DNA from: an uncultured Thermoplasmata archaeon
Lineage (GTDB): Archaea; Thermoplasmatota; Thermoplasmata; RBG-16-68-12
Direction of reading: 5' to 3'
NCBI GenBank assembly: GCA_963768855.1
Contig: CAVYJM010000012.1
Span: 29,451-93,450 of the forward strand
DNA length: 64,000 bases
How positions within the stretch are numbered: position 1 is the first letter of the stretch; each line of letters begins with the position of its first letter. This document shows, piece after piece, positions 17,050 through 27,687 of this stretch. Both the position numbers and the translations under genes were made by a program. Below the pieces are notes generated by a model that searched no databases, had not been told where the DNA came from, and saw only the letters and a program-made list of their open reading frames with translations.

Positions 17050-18450
17050 TTACGCCTTCACCTGGACTGTCTGGGCACCGCGGTACTTCGGGTGGTATCT
17101 CTCGAGCGTCTTCCGGTCGATCTTCGTGAGCCATGCCTCATCCACCGTCGCGAGGAGCTTCCAACCGATGTCGATCGTCTCCTGAATCGTCCGGTCCTCC
17201 TCCGAGCCCTGCTGGATGAATTCCTGCTCGAAGCGGTCCGCGAACTCGAGCATCTTCCGGTCGCGGTCCGAGAGGGCCTCCTTCCCGACGATGGCCACGA
17301 GCCCGCGGACGTCCTTCCCTTCCGCGTACGCGGCGTAGAGCTGGTCGGAGACCTGCTTGTGGTCCTCGCGCGTGCGGTCCTTCCCGATTCCCGCGTCCAT
17401 GAGCCGCGACAGGGAGGGGAGCGGGTCGATCGGCGGGTAGATGCCCTTTCGGTGGAGGTCGCGGGCGATCGCGATCTGGCCCTCCGTGATGTAGCCGGTC
17501 AGGTCGGCGATCGGGTGCGTCCAGTCGTCGTCGGGGATCGAGGCGATCGGGATCTGCGTGATGCTCCCGGGCCTCCCGTGGATGCGGCCCGCGCGCTCGT
17601 AGATCGTCGCGAGGTCCGTGTACATGTACCCGGGATAGCCGCGCCGGCCGGGCACTTCCTCCCGAGCGGCCCCGATCTGACGCAGGGCCTCCGCATAGTT
17701 CGTCATGTCCGTCAGGATGACGAGGATGTGCATGCCGACCTCGTACGCTAGGTACTCGGCGGCGGTCAGGGCCATGCGTGGCGTGATGAGGCGCTCGACC
17801 GCGGGATCGTCTGCGAGGTTGAGGAACAGGACCGCGCGCTTCAGGGCGCCCGTGCGCTCGAAGTCGTTCATGAAGACGCGGGCCTCCTCGTGGGTGATGC
17901 CCATCGCCGCGAACACGACGCCGAACGGCTCCTTCGAACCGAGGACCTTCGCCTGCCGCGCAATCTGGAGTGCGACTTCGTTGTGCGGCAGGCCGGCGCC
18001 GGAGAAGAGCGGAAGCTTCTGGCCCCGCACAAGCGTGTTCAGCCCGTCGATCGTCGAGATGCCCGTCTGGATGAACTCGGCCGGGTGCTCGCGGGAGTAC
18101 GGGTTGATCGCGGAGCCGCTGATGTCCACTCGCTTCTCGGGGAGGATCGGTGGCCCTCCGTCCGCGGGCTCCCCGGACCCGGTGAGGACGCGGCCGAGCA
18201 TCTCCTTCGACACGGAGAGCTTGATCGTCTCCCCGAGGAACTTGACGCTGGCGGAGCGGTCGATCCCCGCGGTTCCCTCGAAGATCTGCACGACGACGAC
18301 GTCCGTCGAGGAGTCGAGGACTTGCCCCCGCTTCCGCGTGCCGTCCGTGAGCTGGACCTCGACGAGCTCGTTGTAGCCCACGGGCTCCGTCTTCTCGACG
18401 AAGATGAGCGGTCCGGCGATCTCCGTGATCGTGCGGTATTCCTTGGCCAT
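17050..18450 (-). CDS. atpB: A-type ATP synthase subunit B
   Basis: 466 aa with strong subunit B signature ([37 protein letters not shown]). Confidence 0.95.
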   Translation of the reverse strand: MAKEYRTITEIAGPLIFVEKTEPVGYNELVEVQLTDGTRKRGQVLDSSTDVVVVQIFEGTAGIDRSASVKFLGETIKLSVSKEMLGRVLTGSGEPADGGPPILPEKRVDISGSAINPYSREHPAEFIQTGISTIDGLNTLVRGQKLPLFSGAGLPHNEVALQIARQAKVLGSKEPFGVVFAAMGITHEEARVFMNDFERTGALKRAVLFLNLADDPAVERLITPRMALTAAEYLAYEVGMHILVILTDMTNYAEALRQIGAAREEVPGRRGYPGYMYTDLATIYERAGRIHGRPGSITQIPIASIPDDDWTHPIADLTGYITEGQIAIARDLHRKGIYPPIDPLPSLSRLMDAGIGKDRTREDHKQVSDQLYAAYAEGKDVRGLVAIVGKEALSDRDRKMLEFADRFEQEFIQQGSEEDRTIQETIDIGWKLLATVDEAWLTKIDRKTLERYHPKYRGAQTVQVKA

Positions 18451-18451
18451 G

Positions 18452-20216
18452 TCAGCGCGCCTCCAGCTTCTTGAAGTCCTCGTCCATCATCGTCAGCGTT
18501 TTCTCGAGCTCCTGGTCGAACTTCTCCTCGTACTTCACCCGGGTCAGGAGCTCCCGCGACTTGACGGAGGCGATGTCCTTGACCGGCACGTCCAGGGAGG
18601 CGGCTTTGCGGCCGAGGTCCGCGAACTTCTTGATCGAGGAGATCAGCTTGAACTGCCGCTCGGGAGGGCAGAACGTGTCCACGGGGTGGTACGCGTTCTG
18701 CTGCAGGAAGATCTCCCGGACCATCCGCGCCACCTCGAGGGTGAGTTGCTGCTCGGGGGGGAGCGCGTCCGCACCGACCAGCCGCACGATCTCCTCGAGC
18801 TCGGCCTCTTCTTGCAGGGTGCGCTGCGCCCACGAGCGCAGCTTGGGCCACTCCTCGTTGACCTTCGTCCGGAACCACTCCTCGAGCTGCGGACCGTACA
18901 GGCTGTAGGAGGTGAGCCAGTTGATCGCAGGGAAGTGCCTCCGCGCGCGAAGGGCCGTGTCGAGGGCCCAGAACACCTTGACGATGCGGAGCGTCCCCTG
19001 GGTCACCGGCTCGGAGAAGTCGCCTCCGCTCGGGGACACGGCCCCGACGACGCTGACGCTCCCTTCCCGGCCATTCAAGGTGGTCACGCGACCGGCTCGC
19101 TCGTAGAACTCGCTCAACCTGGCAGACAGATACGCCGGGAACCCTTCCTCGCCCGGCATCTCCTCGAGTCGGCTCGAGATCTCACGCATCGCCTCGGCCC
19201 ACCGCGAGGTGGAGTCGGCCATGAGTGCGACGTTGTAGCCCATATCGCGGTAGTATTCCGCCAGGGTCATGCCGGTGTACACGGACGCTTCCCGTGCGGC
19301 GACGGGCATGTTACTCGTGTTCGCGATGAGGGCCATGCGATCCATGAGCGGAGCCCCCGTATACGGGTCCTCGAGCTTGGGGAACGTGGTCAGGACCTCC
19401 GTCATCTCGTTGCCGCGCTCGCCGCAGCCGATGTAGATGACCACCTGGGCGTCGCACCACTTGCTCAGTTGCTGCTCGCTCACCGTCTTCCCCGTCCCGA
19501 AGCCGCCGGGGATTGCGGCCGTGCCGCCCTTCGCGAGCGGGAACAGGAAGTCCATGACCCGCTGTCCCGTGATGAGCGGCACGGTAGGCATGAGCCGCTC
19601 CTTCGAGGGCCGGGGCCGGCGCACGGGCCACTCCTGCATCATCATGATCTTGCGGCCGTCGCTCAGCTCGACGACCGTCTCGTCGACCTTCATCTTCCCG
19701 GAGCGCACCCGGATGACCTTGCCGGACACATCCGGAGGGACCATGATCCGGTGCTCGACGTTCTTGGCCTCCTGCACGGTCCCGAGGACCTGGCCGCCCC
19801 GCACCGCGTCGCCTTCCTTGGCGAGGGGCTTGAAGTCCCAGAGTTTCTCGCGGCTCAGGCCCGGGGCGCGCACGCCGCGCAAGATGAAGTCGCCCATGAC
19901 CTTCTGCAGGACGGGCAGCGGTCTCTGGACGCCGTCGTAGATGTTGCCGAGGAGCCCGGGTCCGAGCTCCACGGTCAGGGGCTTCCCGGAGTCCACCACG
20001 GGCTCGCCCGGGGCGGATGCCCGCGGTTTCCTCGTAGACCTGGATGACCGTCTTCTCGCCGCGGAGCTGGATGACCTCGCCCATCAGCTTCTCGGTGCCG
20101 ACGTACATCACGTCGTACATCCGGGGCCGCAGGCCCGTCGCGGTCACGACCGGACCCGCGACCCGCTGAATCTCCCCCGTCGCTTTCCCATGCTCCACCG
20201 TCGCGCTCAGCGCCAC
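18452..20216 (-). CDS. atpA: A-type ATP synthase catalytic subunit A, frame interrupted by one extra base at 20007..20013
   Basis: The C-terminal 515 codons (ORF 18452..19999) carry the Walker A motif GGFGTGKT. The N-terminal 70 codons ([24 protein letters not shown]...[11 protein letters not shown]) are in the frame of ORF 19311..20216. The junction reads ATC CGC CCC G|GGC GAG CCC GTG. Confidence 0.9.
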
Positions 20217-20225
20217 TTCCTCACC

Positions 20226-20528
20226 TCACTTGAACAGATCAACGCCAATGGCCCGTTTCACCTTCGTGCGGAGGTCCTCGTCCTCCGCCGCGCCGACCCC
20301 GATCACGACGGGCCTCGCGGCGGACTCGAGCCGCCGGCGCATCGTGTTGCTCAGGGTCTTCATGTCGGCCGTGTCGAGCACGAGGATGCCGACGTCCGCG
20401 TCGTCGAGGACCTGCCCGATCTTCTTCTCGAGGTCCTCCCTCGTGGCGGAGATGGCTTTCCGCACGCCGACGAGCTTGAACCCCTGGACGAAGTCGTCCC
20501 GGCCCACGGCGGCGATCTCCATCGTCAC
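20226..20528 (-). CDS. atpF: A-type ATP synthase subunit F
   Basis: 100 aa. IAAVGRDDFVQGFKLVG..VGILVLD is typical of subunit F. Operon position. Confidence 0.85.
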   Translation of the reverse strand: MTMEIAAVGRDDFVQGFKLVGVRKAISATREDLEKKIGQVLDDADVGILVLDTADMKTLSNTMRRRLESAARPVVIGVGAAEDEDLRTKVKRAIGVDLFK

Positions 20529-21646
20529 ACCACCAGGAGTTCGCGGATCGTCTCGGTTGGAAGCCCGCTTTCCTTGCCGCGGGCGATGAGCCGGATGTTC
20601 GTTGCCTCTCGGTCCTTGAGGACGATGTAGTCCAGGATCGGGAGGATGGAGAGGGGATGGAGGTGCGCGTACCGCGCGGCCTCGAGCAGGTGGACCTTCT
20701 CCACCCGCCGCACGAGGACGCCGATCCCGGTCTCCTCGACTTTCTCGAGGGCGCCTGCGATGTCCTCGTAGTACGAGTAATCCTGGAGCCGGCGGACGAG
20801 GTTCACCTTGTCGAGGGTGACGAGCTCATGCAGCTCGTCCACGGTCATCTCGTCGCCTCCGTCCAGGAAGATCTCCCGGCCGAACTGGGCCTTCGCGGCC
20901 CAGGCGCGCAGGAGCGTCTTCAGGTTGATGATGTCGATCTCCCGCTGCACGAACAGCCTCATCAGGCGGTTCGCGTCCGAGGACGGCGGGATCGACGCGA
21001 GGAGCTCGGCGTAATAGAGGCGCGACACGAGGTCCTCCCACTCGGACCAGTTCGCGACCTCGGATGGCTTCTTGCGCAGGATGGAGAGGGCCGCCGCGTA
21101 GATCGTCCCGTCGAGCGCCTTGAAGACGGCGTCGAGGCTCGGGGCCGCGACGAGTTCGTCGAGGAACTCCGAACTGAAGCTCCCGGCGGGGACGAGGTCC
21201 TCCTCGACGTCCTCGGCGGACGCGCCGTACGTCCGTGCGCGCACGATCGTCTTGACGTTCTCCAGGTCGAAGCGGTCCAGGTAGCGGCCCACCATGGCCC
21301 GGAGGCTCCCCTCGGAGAAGTCGAAGATCCGGTTGTAGGTCTCGGCGAGGTTCTGCGAGACGGCCTTCTCAATCAGGTCCACACCGGAGTACTTCGCTCC
21401 GAGTGCGAGCATCTCCGCCTTGTACTCCCGCTCCCCGAGGAACCGTGCGATCTCCGGCACTTCCATGAGCAGCAGCCGGTCGTACGTCTCCTTCGGCAGG
21501 AGATGGGCGCGTTTCGCCTTCACCCGTGCGGTCACGTACGGGTAGTTGCCCGATTCGATCGGAAGCCGGTCCCGGATCCAGCGGTACCGCCGGATCGCGC
21601 GGTCCCGGACGTCCTCCGTCACGCCTTGGAGACCCTCGAAGGCCAT
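20525..21646 (-). CDS. atpC: A-type ATP synthase subunit C
   Basis: 373 aa. NYPYVTARVKAKRAHLL is the start of the subunit C (d-like) family. Operon position. Confidence 0.85.
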   Translation of the reverse strand: MAFEGLQGVTEDVRDRAIRRYRWIRDRLPIESGNYPYVTARVKAKRAHLLPKETYDRLLLMEVPEIARFLGEREYKAEMLALGAKYSGVDLIEKAVSQNLAETYNRIFDFSEGSLRAMVGRYLDRFDLENVKTIVRARTYGASAEDVEEDLVPAGSFSSEFLDELVAAPSLDAVFKALDGTIYAAALSILRKKPSEVANWSEWEDLVSRLYYAELLASIPPSSDANRLMRLFVQREIDIINLKTLLRAWAAKAQFGREIFLDGGDEMTVDELHELVTLDKVNLVRRLQDYSYYEDIAGALEKVEETGIGVLVRRVEKVHLLEAARYAHLHPLSILPILDYIVLKDREATNIRLIARGKESGLPTETIRELLVV

Positions 21647-22191
21647 AGGATCTCGGCCACCTCACGCACGGAGTCGTTCCAAACATCTCGCAGGATCGAT
21701 TCGTACCGCAGGTCGACGCGGCGCGTCCCGTCCGCGTTCTCGATAAGGATGCCGCCTGCACACTCGATCGTCCCGGCGAAGGACCGCCCGGCCAGCTGCT
21801 TGACGAGCGCCTGGTCGTTCGCGTTGCAGTAGACCCGGCCGCCTGCTTTCCAGTCCTCCTCGTTCGCCTTCAGGAGGACGCGGAGGAAGTCCGCGTTCTC
21901 CCTCAGGGAGGAGAGGCGGGCCAGGGCGCGCTGGTACACCTCGTCGAGGGCTTCCTTCTGGGCCGTGAGCACGCTCTTCCGGGCCTCCAGCTCGGCGCGG
22001 GCGAGGTCCTGCACCTTCTTGCGCTGGGCCGCTTCCTCCCCCCTCTGGGAGGCCTCGCGGAGCATCTGGTCGCCTTCGGTGCGAATCTCCGAGAGCATGC
22101 GCTCTGCCTCGGCCCTTGCCTGGGCGAGAATCTCGCCCGCTTCGGTCTTCCCTTTGTCCAGGATGACCTGGACGAAGGTGTCCAGGGACAT
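21619..22191 (-). CDS. atpE: A-type ATP synthase subunit E
   Basis: 190 aa. A long charged N-terminal helix followed by a globular C-terminus. Operon position. Confidence 0.8.
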   Translation of the reverse strand: MSLDTFVQVILDKGKTEAGEILAQARAEAERMLSEIRTEGDQMLREASQRGEEAAQRKKVQDLARAELEARKSVLTAQKEALDEVYQRALARLSSLRENADFLRVLLKANEEDWKAGGRVYCNANDQALVKQLAGRSFAGTIECAGGILIENADGTRRVDLRYESILRDVWNDSVREVAEILWPSRVSKA

Positions 22192-22206
22192 CGCTCACCT
22201 AGCCGC

Positions 22207-22440
22207 TCAGCCCAATTGTCCGAGAAGCAGGAAGGCGATGACGAGGCCGAAGACGACAATGGTCTCAGGGATGACGACGAGCGGGAGAACCCGACCGAAG
22301 AGTTCGGGCTTCTCAGCGATCGCACCCACCGATGCCGCTCCAATCACTTTCTCGGCCCACGCTGTCGCCAATCCCGTCCCAAAGACGGTCAGGGCGGCAG
22401 CCATGGCCACCAGTCCTTGCGCTTCCGCTGCTACTGTCAT
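22207..22440 (-). CDS. atpK: A-type ATP synthase proteolipid subunit K (c)
   Basis: 77 aa, a two-helix hairpin with the carboxylate motif VIPETIVVFGLV. Confidence 0.9.
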   Translation of the reverse strand: MTVAAEAQGLVAMAAALTVFGTGLATAWAEKVIGAASVGAIAEKPELFGRVLPLVVIPETIVVFGLVIAFLLLGQLG

Positions 22441-22446
22441 GTGGTT

Positions 22447-24477
22447 TCACACCTCCGATTTCATTCTCTCGCCAAAGGGTCGGAACAACGTCCCGGTGCC
22501 CTTGTAAAACTTCAGGAAGAACTCCACGTAGTTGAGACGGATGGATTGGATCGTCCCGGAGATCGTGCTGAGGAGGAAGATGAGCAGGTTCGACAGGGCC
22601 ATGAGCACGATTCCGATGATGATGCCCACGATCGATCCCGGGATGATGAAGTAGTCCAGGGCGATCACATTGAGCGCGAAGATGACCGCCTCCTCCGCGA
22701 CCCCGATGCCGGCGAGACGCGCATACGAGATCACGTTGGCCAGGAGGCCGAAGACCTCCATGAGATGCAGGCCGCCCTCCGTAACGAGGACGAGCCCAAT
22801 TCCCGCGACGAGGAGGCCGATCGCCACATTCGGGATCTCGTTCGCGGCGGTGAATCCCATGCCGGACTCCAGGATCCCTCCCCGCGGAAACCACCCAAGG
22901 GGCCCGTTCCAGATCAGGTATCCCCACGTCCCCGGCCAGCGCGCGGCGCGGACGATGAGGACGACGTACAGGCCGAACAGGACGAGGAACCAGCCGAACT
23001 TGCCCACCGCGTGCTTGATGCTGTGGCGGATGTCGTCGAAGACGCCGATGATGAAACCCGTGCCCAGGTGAAGGAAGGCCACGGACACGGACATGATGAT
23101 GAAGTCGGGGACCTGGTGCAGCTTCTCGATGATGGGCGTGATCGGGAGGTTGAGGTGGAGGACGTTGTCGGACCAGTTGAAGAACTCCGCGGACCCGGCG
23201 ACCGATCCGATGGGTGCGTGGAACGGGATGCCGAAGGCCTCCGCGAACACGAAGGTCCCGAAGACCGTTGCCCAGAATCCGCCCCAGATGAACGCGACGA
23301 GAAGGTTCTTCCAGAAGTCCCACGGCCGGTTCTTCCAACGGCGGAGGAGCCAGATTCCGTAGGCCATCCAGATGATTCCATACCCGGCGTCGCCGACCAT
23401 GATCCCGAACATCATCGGGAACGCGAGGGAGAACACGAGAGTCGGATCGATCTCGCGGTAGCTAGGCGTGCCGAACATGTTCACGAGCATCTCGAACGGC
23501 TTCATCGGCTTCGGGTTCTTCAGCAGGACCGGGGGCTCCTGCGCCGCCTCTTCATGCTTGGCGGCCTTGTGGCCTTCTGCCTCGTCGAGTTCGGATACGA
23601 ACGTGTCCGGGATCTTGCCGATCTCTTCCTTCAGCCGGGGGAAGGTCTCCTCGGGGACCCAGCCCTCCACGATGAAGGTGTGTTCCGTGACCGCGAACCG
23701 GAGGGGAGCCTCCGCCTTCTCGACCTCAATCTCGAGGTGTGCCTTCGCCGCAGCCAGGAACGCCGAGTACCGCTCGCGCAACGTGCCGAGGCTCTCGTCG
23801 ATCTCGCTGAGGCGCTTCTCCCACCGCGCCCGCTCCGCGAGGGTTTCCGCGAGCGCGTCCCGGGGATGACCGCGGCCCTCCGGGATCGGCACGCTCGTGA
23901 AGCCCTGCTGGCCGAGGAAGTCGCGCACGGCGGCTGCGCCGGCCTTCGGTACGAACAGGGCGATGAACCCGGGCACGGAGAACAGCTCGAACTCGGGCGT
24001 CACCTTGTCCAGCCCTGCAATCTCGCGCGGGGCCTTCCCAACGAGCACTTCGATGCTGTCATAGCCGGCATAGTCCTCGAAGGCGAGGGGGAGCTGCGCG
24101 AACGGGGTCAGCTCCTCGACCTTGTGACTCAATTCCTGCAGGAGGGCCTGGACCTTCTTCCGCGTCGCGTCCTGCTCGGAGATATTCAGCTCCAGGGAGA
24201 GGATCTTCTCGCGGATGTCGCCCGTGACCGGCTCGAGCGGCGCGGTCGTCTTCGGTTCCTGGACCTGGAGAACGTTCGCGATCGACCGGAGCTTCACGAG
24301 GACTTCGGAGGCCTCCGCGGCACGGGCGAGCGGCTTGCCGATCTCGAGGTCTTCGTGTCCGGCCGTGTGGTCGACGATGTGGAGAAGCTTGAGATCGTAC
24401 AGGATCGTCACGGTCTTGTCAAGCGCGTCGCGCGGGCCCACGATCAGAGTCCGGGCCATCGGGGCGGGTCTAAGCAT
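22447..24477 (-). CDS. atpI: A-type ATP synthase subunit I (a)
   Basis: 676 aa. A soluble N-terminal half plus a polytopic C-terminus with the conserved SYARLAGIG (Arg) motif. Confidence 0.9.
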   Translation of the reverse strand: MLRPAPMARTLIVGPRDALDKTVTILYDLKLLHIVDHTAGHEDLEIGKPLARAAEASEVLVKLRSIANVLQVQEPKTTAPLEPVTGDIREKILSLELNISEQDATRKKVQALLQELSHKVEELTPFAQLPLAFEDYAGYDSIEVLVGKAPREIAGLDKVTPEFELFSVPGFIALFVPKAGAAAVRDFLGQQGFTSVPIPEGRGHPRDALAETLAERARWEKRLSEIDESLGTLRERYSAFLAAAKAHLEIEVEKAEAPLRFAVTEHTFIVEGWVPEETFPRLKEEIGKIPDTFVSELDEAEGHKAAKHEEAAQEPPVLLKNPKPMKPFEMLVNMFGTPSYREIDPTLVFSLAFPMMFGIMVGDAGYGIIWMAYGIWLLRRWKNRPWDFWKNLLVAFIWGGFWATVFGTFVFAEAFGIPFHAPIGSVAGSAEFFNWSDNVLHLNLPITPIIEKLHQVPDFIIMSVSVAFLHLGTGFIIGVFDDIRHSIKHAVGKFGWFLVLFGLYVVLIVRAARWPGTWGYLIWNGPLGWFPRGGILESGMGFTAANEIPNVAIGLLVAGIGLVLVTEGGLHLMEVFGLLANVISYARLAGIGVAEEAVIFALNVIALDYFIIPGSIVGIIIGIVLMALSNLLIFLLSTISGTIQSIRLNYVEFFLKFYKGTGTLFRPFGERMKSEV

Positions 24478-24796
24478 TCACCGCACCCTTGAACTTCTCG
24501 ATCAACCGGTCGACGGCGCGCTCGACGTTGGCCTCGGCCTCCTTCCGGAGCACCTCCGCCTCCTTCCGGCCTCCCGCCAGGACGCGCTCGCGCTCGCTCG
24601 CCGTGGATGCGTCGACCTTGCGGACGATCTCGTCCTGCTTCTGCTCCGCGGTCTTGCGGAGTGATTCCCGGAGTTCGAACCCCTGCCGACGGGCCTCGCG
24701 GAGGATTCGTTCCCTCTTCTCGACGGCTGCCGCTTTCTCGCGGCGGACCTGCTCCTCCGTCTCCTTGATTTTATGGAGAGTTTCCTCTTTCTGCAT
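24470..24796 (-). CDS. atpH: A-type ATP synthase subunit H
   Basis: A charged helical protein of about 108 aa, first gene of the operon. ATG 24796 is preferred; TTG 24805 is the alternative in the track. Confidence 0.75.
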   Translation of the reverse strand: MQKEETLHKIKETEEQVRREKAAAVEKRERILREARRQGFELRESLRKTAEQKQDEIVRKVDASTASERERVLAGGRKEAEVLRKEAEANVERAVDRLIEKFKGAVNA

Positions 24797-24825
24797 GGAG
24801 TCCAAGCCGCCGTAAACCCGGGCAC

Positions 24826-24832
24826 TTTATAA
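24826..24832 (-). promoter_or_regulatory. TATA box (TTATAAA) of the ATP synthase operon, near-leaderless
   Basis: The only A/T heptamer in the region. Its centre is about 33 nt upstream of ATG 24796, so the predicted leader is only a few nt long. Confidence 0.55.
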
Positions 24833-25158
24833 GCGTTTGGTAGGTGTCCCGGAGTGCGTCGTCGCGGGCCCGTTGAGGCGGGCCGAACCGCCTCCCGCGA
24901 GCTATTTTTATCCAGCTTGGATTATGGAAATCCTGCCGCATCGATGCCTCGGTCGCAAGCCGCGCCGGACTCAACTCCGGGACGAATCCATGGCACGGAG
25001 AGGACGGCGGATGACGGCTCCATGAGCGCTCGCCGAATCGTGTTTGAGGAACGCCGAAATCCGGAGACGCGGCGCGGTCGTAGCGCCGCGCCTTCGCGCT
25101 CGCCCAGCACAAGGTTTAAGTCTAATCCTTCTTTGTCGCAAACACCCGGAGACGCTCC

Positions 25159-25812
25159 ATGGCGGCCCGGGCCCAAGAGGGTCGTGGGATGAGGACCTTT
25201 GTACTGCTCGTAGCGGCAGTGATATTGAGCGTTTCCGCTCTTCCGATGACTGCGACCCCGGCCACGGCAGCCTCAACGATCCCCGAACTCAAACTGACTA
25301 TCCTCGGGGAGCAGAACGGGACCACGTACCAGTTCAGCCCGAGTCGGATCCTCCTGCCGCAGGTCCCGATCCTCATGAACATCACCTTCATCAACAACCA
25401 AACCGCCGGGAGCACGGTCCGGCACACCTTCTCGATCGACAGCTCGGGCGGGAAGACCATCCTCGACTACGACCTCGTCGCCCAGCAGAACGTGACGTTC
25501 GACATTCTGGTCAACTCGATGACGAACATCACGTGGAACGGGACTTCCTTCACGCCGGCCGTCGGGCCGACGGGCGGCATCAAGTTCTACTGCGTCTACC
25601 ACCTCCCGGGCATGGTCGGTGAGCTGACCCTGGCGGGCGCCCCGTCCACGACCGGCACGGAACAGAACGGCGTCTTCCTGCGGGCGTACTGGATCGGGAT
25701 GATCGGGATCGCCGCGATGCTCGTGTGGATCGGCATCAGCTACTACATCATCAAGGCCTCGACTCCCCGCTTCAAGGACAACCGCGAACACCTGAGGAAG
25801 GGTCTTCCGTGA
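25159..25812 (+). CDS. membrane-anchored type-1 (blue) copper protein, sulfocyanin/halocyanin-like cupredoxin
   Basis: Signal peptide (MRTFVLLVAAVILSVSALP; ATG 25189 is an alternative start). Candidate Cu ligands are H in VRHTF and C, H, M in FYCVYHLPGM. C-terminal TM helix YWIGMIGIAAMLVWIGISYYII. Confidence 0.75.
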   Translation: MAARAQEGRGMRTFVLLVAAVILSVSALPMTATPATAASTIPELKLTILGEQNGTTYQFSPSRILLPQVPILMNITFINNQTAGSTVRHTFSIDSSGGKTILDYDLVAQQNVTFDILVNSMTNITWNGTSFTPAVGPTGGIKFYCVYHLPGMVGELTLAGAPSTTGTEQNGVFLRAYWIGMIGIAAMLVWIGISYYIIKASTPRFKDNREHLRKGLP

Positions 25813-26102
25813 CCACGCTGATCCGGAGCGACGCGCCGCGACGGAGCGCCATGGCGGCCGTCGCCATCGCGGGCCTCGTGATCGGCAGCCTCTGGTTCAG
25901 CGCCCTCAGCATCTTCCTCGCCCTCCAGGCCGCCAGCGGGGTCTACCCGAACGACGTGAACGTCTACATGTCCCTCTTCCTCGGCATGGTCTTCGTCTGC
26001 GCGACGGTGGCCGTGGACATCTATCGCAGAGAGTTCATGCCCGACGAGCTCATCCATAAGATCCGGCGGCCCAAGCTGGTCCCGCCGAGGATGTTCCGCT
26101 GA
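25809..26102 (+). CDS. small two-TM membrane protein of the Rieske/cyt b cluster
   Basis: The GTG at 25809 overlaps the upstream stop (GTGA). 97 aa with two hydrophobic helices. No family recognised. Confidence 0.5.
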   Translation: MTTLIRSDAPRRSAMAAVAIAGLVIGSLWFSALSIFLALQAASGVYPNDVNVYMSLFLGMVFVCATVAVDIYRREFMPDELIHKIRRPKLVPPRMFR

Positions 26103-26110
26103 GGTGGTCC

Positions 26111-26893
26111 ATGAGCTGGGAGCAGGAGGAGAAGCAGAAGCGGTTCACCCGGCGCGAGTGGGTGAAGCTCAGCATGACCCTGGGCACGGTCGGTGCCCTG
26201 GGCGGCCTCGGCGGGCTCCTGAACGGGCAGCTCCTGCCGCCCCCGATCCAGCTCAGCGGCGAGGTCCGCGAGGGCCTGTACTACACGAAGTTCCCGACCC
26301 CGCAGTGGTGGAACGACAAGGACGGCACCCCGGTCAAGGCCGCGGACTTCAAGATCTGGGATGGGTCCACGGCGGTCTGGCGCGGGCTCTACCAGAACAA
26401 CCAGCTCCTGCCGGGGACGGGCTTTCCATGCATCGTGATCCGGATTCCCATCGACGCCCCGGAGTTCACCTTCCCGGATGCAGCGACCCTCACCGCCAAC
26501 AGCATCGCGCCGCCGCCCGCGGGATTCGAGTACTATTACGAGGACAAGACGACGGACACCCGCATCGTCGTGTGCTACGACCGTTGCGTCCACCTGTGCT
26601 GCTACCCGGGATGGCACGTCGTGACGAACCCGCCTCCTGGCCGGGACTATGCGGTGCCCCCGCCGACCTACGATGTCTATCACGAGGACCCGATCTACTG
26701 CATCTGCCACGGATCGCAGTACGACCCGCTCCTCCTCACCGTGAACTTCAATCCGCACAGCAACGTGAACTACATCGGGGCCGAGCGGGTCCACGGACCC
26801 GCCCCGCGGGCCCTCGTGGTGATCCCGGTGAAGAACGTGGGCGGCGCCCTGGTCGGGGGCATGCCGAACCCGAACTGGTACGTCTACTGTTGA
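26111..26893 (+). CDS. Rieske [2Fe-2S] protein with twin-arginine signal
   Basis: RFTRREWVKL twin-Arg signal followed by an h-region. Cluster boxes CVHLCC and CICHGSQYD. Confidence 0.85.
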   Translation: MSWEQEEKQKRFTRREWVKLSMTLGTVGALGGLGGLLNGQLLPPPIQLSGEVREGLYYTKFPTPQWWNDKDGTPVKAADFKIWDGSTAVWRGLYQNNQLLPGTGFPCIVIRIPIDAPEFTFPDAATLTANSIAPPPAGFEYYYEDKTTDTRIVVCYDRCVHLCCYPGWHVVTNPPPGRDYAVPPPTYDVYHEDPIYCICHGSQYDPLLLTVNFNPHSNVNYIGAERVHGPAPRALVVIPVKNVGGALVGGMPNPNWYVYC

Positions 26894-26902
26894 GGTGGTG
26901 CG

Positions 26903-27679
26903 ATGGCGTCAGGAGCGTCCGGATCGTTGCGGGAGGACGGCCAGCGCACGGTCTTCGGCTGGTTCAAGACCCGCTTCCCGACCGTGCCGTGGGCCGACCT
27001 GACCCGGAAGGCGCTCGAGACGGACCAGCGGCAGATGCCGCGCAGCCACGCGGAGAAGTACGAGCTCAAGACGATCTGGTACTGGTACCCCCTCTACTGC
27101 CTCGGGGGCATCTCGTTCGTCGCGTTCATCATCCTCACCCTGACGGGGATTATCCTGGGCTTCTTCTACGTCCCGAACGGCGCTTACGTGTACTCGGCGA
27201 CGGGCGGGCTCACGAACGCCGCCTACGACTCGATGACGCGGATCATGACCCAGGTGCCCTTCGGCTACATCGTCCGGGGAATGCACCACTGGGCCGCGCA
27301 CGTGATGATCGCGGCCGTCTTCCTGCACATGTGCCGCGTCTACTTCACGGGCGCGTACAAGAAGCCGAGGGAGCTGAACTGGCTCATCGGCGTCGTCCTT
27401 CTCCTGCTCACAATCCTGTTCGGGTACTCCGGCTACCTGCTCCCGGCCAATGACCTGAGCGAGGGCGCCGCGAACATCGGGATCGAGATGACGCGGGCCT
27501 CCCCGCTCATCGGGGACCAGCTCGCGACGCTCCTCTGGGGCAGCACGAGCACGCTCTCCGGCTACTACATCCTGCGGTGGTACTGGATCCACGTGTTCAT
27601 CTTGCCGTTCGTCGGCGTGGGCCTGATGGTCGTCCACATGGCCCTCGTCTGGATCCAGGGCGTCGCGGAGCCGCACTGA
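26903..27679 (+). CDS. cytochrome b, N-terminal (b6-like) four-helix subunit
   Basis: 258 aa. His pairs HHWAAHVMIAAVFLH and HVFILPFVGVGLMVVH are spaced for two b hemes. YKKPRELNWLIGV motif. Confidence 0.85.
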   Translation: MASGASGSLREDGQRTVFGWFKTRFPTVPWADLTRKALETDQRQMPRSHAEKYELKTIWYWYPLYCLGGISFVAFIILTLTGIILGFFYVPNGAYVYSATGGLTNAAYDSMTRIMTQVPFGYIVRGMHHWAAHVMIAAVFLHMCRVYFTGAYKKPRELNWLIGVVLLLLTILFGYSGYLLPANDLSEGAANIGIEMTRASPLIGDQLATLLWGSTSTLSGYYILRWYWIHVFILPFVGVGLMVVHMALVWIQGVAEPH

Positions 27680-27687
27680 GGTGGGTC

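Noticed and set aside
22216-24492. 758-aa ORF on the plus strand
   Set aside because: It is antisense to atpI and atpK and has an Asp/Glu/Arg-rich low-complexity translation. The minus-strand genes carry unambiguous ATP synthase signatures.
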